A stretch of 54,888 nucleotides of DNA, taken from positions 1 to 54,888 of the forward strand of contig JAAILG010002404.1 of the NCBI GenBank assembly GCA_012026655.1. The letters are read 5' to 3'. Source of the stretch: Hydrolagus affinis. Lineage: Eukaryota. Numbering within the stretch: the first letter of the stretch is position 1; each line of letters starts with the position of its first letter. The notes below the pieces were generated by a model. That model had not been told where the DNA came from, did not search any database, and saw only the letters and a list, made by a program, of their open reading frames with translations. Shown here one piece after another: positions 51,223 to 54,888 of this stretch. The position numbers and the translations under genes are program-made.

Positions 51223-51242
51223 CTCTCTCTCTCTCTCTCTCT
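51223..51242. repeat. (CT)n microsatellite
   Basis: Read directly. Other simple repeats: (TG)n ~51604-51623 and ~52392-52411, poly-C 52741-52755, (ATA)n ~52994-53022, (TA)n ~53125-53152. Confidence 0.9.
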
Positions 51243-51387
51243 TGTTGCTCTGACAGAATACTAAACACACGATCTGCCTTCCACCTTCCCCTTGACACAA
51301 CAAGGCCTCGGCTGGATCAGCTCAAAGCAATGCAGCCACATACATACATAAACACACACCCACACACATAAGAGTCCCTGGTCTTAC

Positions 51388-51558
51388 CTCGTCTTTCTGG
51401 ATGTAGGAAGCCGGAATGTAGCCCACTTCCCCGGTGCTGCTCTTCGAAGCCAACCACCAGTGTTGGTTACTTCGCTCCAGAATAACGAAACTCTCGCCCG
51501 CTGTGAAGTGCAGCGAGTGCGGTTCGGCCGAGTGGAAGGTGTACAGAGCCCGGTACAT
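51388..51558 (-). CDS. NCKIPSD: NCKIPSD exon 1 (start codon, SH3 domain)
   Basis: MYRALYTFHSAEPHSLHFTAGESFVILERSNQHWWLASKSSTGEVGYIPASYIQKDE has the SH3 ALY/WW/GxIPxxY motifs. Start context gccgccATG; donor GAG|GTAAGA; 171 nt, phase 0. Confidence 0.96.
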
Positions 51559-52370
51559 GGCGGCCCGAGGAGGAAGCGAGGAGGAGCAGCCGCCAGAGGG
51601 AGGGTGTGTGTGTGTGTGTGTGTAGGGGGGGCAGGGGGTGGGGAGTTAAGGAAGGGCTTGAGAACCCGGCGAGGCGCAAGCGAGAAAGCGATCGAGTGAA
51701 GAAGAGTTGAGAAGACTGGGCCGGGGTGAGATGATGAGTGAAGGGGAAAGCGAAGTTAGAAGTCAGAGCCGAGTTACCCCCTCCCCTTTCCCCCCACCCC
51801 CCCCTTCCATCCACCCACAACCTTTCCCCTCGGAGGAAGCGGACTTCTGTGTGGGGGGCAGGTTCCCGCTCGCACTCCGCGACAGTTGGGGGAGTTGGGA
51901 TGGGGAGAAGAGCGGTTCTGGTGGCGGCGGCGGCTCTCACGCTGTGGCGGTTGAAGGGGAAATCTTTTTGACGGCTCGCGCTGTGGCGGTTGGTCTGGCG
52001 GCAGCGGCTCGCACTGTGGCGGTTGGTCTGGCGGCGGCAGCTCGCGCTGTGCCTGCGGAGCTTTGCAGCAGCAGCCAGCAGTCAGTCAGTCAGTCAGCCA
52101 GGCGAGGGAGAGGTGACGGCTCGCGCGCTCCGGTTGCAGTTGCAATGATTGCTATTTGCTGCTGCTGCTGCGGCGGCGACGGCGGCTCGCGCTCCAACTG
52201 CCAAAACAGCCCGACGGACTGCGGCTGCCTCGCGCACGACGCGGCACTGCGCACGCGCCGCGCCACTCCGCCCACCAACTGTCAGTGTAAACACTGCGGC
52301 TTCCAAACCAGTGTTAGTCAGTCAAGTCAGTCAGAGTCATTCACGGTGGGTCCGATCGATTTCAAACCGC
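51400..52370 (-). promoter_or_regulatory. CpG island / promoter and 5' UTR of NCKIPSD
   Basis: Sharp rise in GC and CpG density around and upstream of exon 1 in an otherwise CpG-depleted window. Confidence 0.85.
51973..52051. repeat. 33-bp GC-rich minisatellite (~2.4 copies)
   Basis: GCTCGCGCTGTGGCGGTTGGTCTGGCGGCAGCG is repeated, with a partial copy at ~51933. Confidence 0.85.
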
Positions 52371-54319
52371 TCACATGAAAGTCACAGTTTTTGTGTGTGT
52401 GTGTGTGTGTGCGCGCAGTTTTTTAATTTATATTAAAATATATATATATAGTTTTGTGAAAAAAAACAAGGAAAAGGAACCGTGTTTCTGTCTCTCTCCT
52501 TCCCACTCCTCTTCCACTTTCATCCTCTCTTCCCTCCTCCCGCCATCAAAGTCAATCCAAGCCACAAGCAGCAGGTACGTTATTCCGCCAGGCAAACCGT
52601 CCGTCAGTCAGTCAGTCAGCAACCCGTTACACCCCTCAGTAAATAACAACAACAACAAAATGACATTTACTGTATAATAAAACCAAAGCCAAAATAAAAA
52701 AAACACACCCTCGTTGTCCTACAGACGCAGGGCTATACATCCCCCCCCCCCCCCCACACCACCACAGGATTGACCGGGAGACCTGCATCTCTGATCTCTT
52801 CCACCACTTCTCACCTTCCCCTCATTCCCCCTGAGCGGGTTCAGCTCATCTCAGCGGAATCATGCGGCAGTGCTGCCCTCTCCCCCCCCCTCCCCCCAAC
52901 CGACCACACTATCAACCCCAAGACCTGAGGGAACTGAGGGTAGGTGGAGGGGGTCGGGGGTGGGGGGGATAAGCTGGCAAAGTTGGGTCACTGATAATAA
53001 TAATGATAATAATAATGATAATTATTATTATAATCATTGCATTCTGATGAAGCCATAGGTGATGTTTTTTTTTAACAGCTGGACGTTTCACGATGACCTG
53101 TGTAACAGCACAGTAAACGGGCTGTATATATATTATATATATATATTATATATGTATGTATTTATATGGGCTTGTTATTCAAAGGAAGATTTGTTTCACT
53201 TGAGATGCCAACCGATTATATGCAAAACAATATGACACACTCCTCAACTCACTCCCCCCCACCCCCGCACCTCCAACACCCCAAAAAAATCTATACTTGT
53301 TTGTTTTTGCAGGGACGACCCCCACACACTCACACTATTTAGTATTCTCTCCACGCGAGCCTTGACTTTCTCAGTAATTCAGTCGTGCCTTGAAACGTGC
53401 TTTCCACCCAGAGGTTTTTTTGAATAAATTCCTCGGAGGAGTGAGGTTTTTAGTTGGGATTAAAACGTGTTTAACGGCAGGAATCCACAGGCTGCTGCCG
53501 TTCATTTTCAATGTGTTTTGTTTCTCTCTCCCCTCCCACCATCACCCCCTCACAAAAAAATCAATGATCCAAACTGCATAGATTATATTTTGGGAAACAA
53601 AATACTGTACAGTACTATTATGAGTTACCCCCCCCACACACACACCCTTAATCCTTTCAGCAATCCAAACACAAACATCACGTGGAACTTGCAAAGCACA
53701 TCAACAACAATTCTGTTCACAACTCGTTACTTGTTTATCCTCATCTATTCTCACACACAAGGTTGGTCAACACAATCTGTGTGTGTATAGCACATACAGG
53801 TACAACATGGTGGCTGTTTCATGACAAGCACACTCCCCCGAAAGTTGAAAATAAACGAGAGCATCATTCACAATCCACAGACATTTTTAAAATCAGAAAC
53901 AAAAACAGAAGTCGCGCGGAACACTCGGTGGGACAGGCGGTTCCCAGCCACTTCTGTTTTTGTTTCGGATTTCCAGCATCTGCAGTATTTAGAATTATTT
54001 TTAAGATCAGGTCTGTTTGAAAACAATCATATTTTTGTAACTGCAGGTATTCGGTTCCGTGTCCTTGTCTTATTCATTAAAGAAATCCCAACTTGATCAT
54101 GGAGGAGGGAAATCAACTGCAATAATTTTAACACTCGTCACATTTTTGAGAGATCGTAACATATTTCATATGATTTGTATTCCTGCTTGGTAGTGTTTAG
54201 CAATCAATTTTAAATATAGATAATGCCTTTCAATATACAGTATTATGTTTGAAACTGAAAGCTTCCTTAAAACAACTTCATTCAAATTGGCAACAACTTC
54301 TCTAGAACTGGTCAATCTC

Positions 54320-54888
54320 CACAACAACAAAATTACATTTGTATAGCTCCTCTCAAGTACATCTCAAGGTGTTGGACAATCAATGTTTCAGACCTGAGCT
54401 GGGGATTGGGATTGTGGTGGGGATCGGAGAGTGTGAGAAGAGGATAGCCAAAGATGAGGAAGAGGGTCTTGAGATGGGTCTTGAAGGAGGCAAGGGAAGA
54501 CAAGAGGTGGAGAGACTGCGGGATGCAGTTCCACGTGGGGGCAGTGTGCCTGAAGGCCCGCCTGCCAATGGGGTGGACAAGACTGGGGACATGAAGTAGG
54601 CCAAAGCCTGCTGAGCGGATGGAACGGATAGGTTGGTAAAGGGTTAGGATGTCGCAGAATTAGGGGGTAACAGGGCCATGGAGGGCTTTGAAGGTGAGGA
54701 CCAGGATTTTTAACTGTCGTCTTTCCTCCCACCTCAACCTTCAAGGCACAGTCCTTGACTGGTTCCATTCCTACCTGACCCACCGTTTACACTTTGTTTC
54801 CTCCAACGGTTTCTCTTCAAACCCCCGCACAGTTTCCCACGGCGTCCCTCAGGGCTCTGTCCTCGGCCCCCTTCTTTTCACCCTTTAC
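54320..54888. mobile_element. L2 LINE: 3' end on minus (54320-54712) abutting an RT fragment on plus (54725-end)
   Basis: The plus strand reads VLDWFHSYL...[15 protein letters not shown] (RT motif); the minus strand carries the L2 C-terminus and tail. Confidence 0.85.

Noticed and set aside
51707-52378. 223-aa plus-strand ORF, and overlapping ORFs such as 51467-51940 (-) and 52094-52306 (-)
   Set aside because: Low-complexity translation of a GC-rich CpG island and minisatellite, mostly non-ATG starts, no recognisable domain; long ORFs are expected where stop codons are rare.

Overview
Eukaryotic, AT-rich vertebrate genomic DNA. The repeat content (tRNA-headed SINE with an L2-type tail, Deu-domain SINEs, L2/CR1 fragments) suggests a cartilaginous fish, which is an inference. 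The window holds a complete 13-exon NCKIPSD (SPIN90/WISH/DIP) gene on the minus strand: CDS 51558->4198, 2250 nt, 749 aa, all GT-AG junctions in consistent phase, with a CpG-island promoter near 51.4-52.3 kb. Nested in its ~25.5 kb first intron, on the same strand, is a second gene that the ORF track shows only as scattered fragments. It has 11 well-supported exons plus one tentative start exon (45150->34110), which splice into an uninterrupted ~763-aa protein with a TTF/BED-type zinc finger and a full hAT-transposase fold of the ZNF862/C17orf113 type. The second catalytic Asp is replaced by Asn and the CxxH motif is replaced by FxxH. This looks like a domesticated, catalytically dead transposase, and splice phases would also permit an in-frame NCKIPSD-SH3/transposase fusion. 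The introns carry many SINEs, LINE fragments, Tigger-like MITEs (one nested pair) and Penelope-like repeats. There is a 100-N assembly gap at 24651-24750. All exon boundaries and family calls were made by eye, without database searches.
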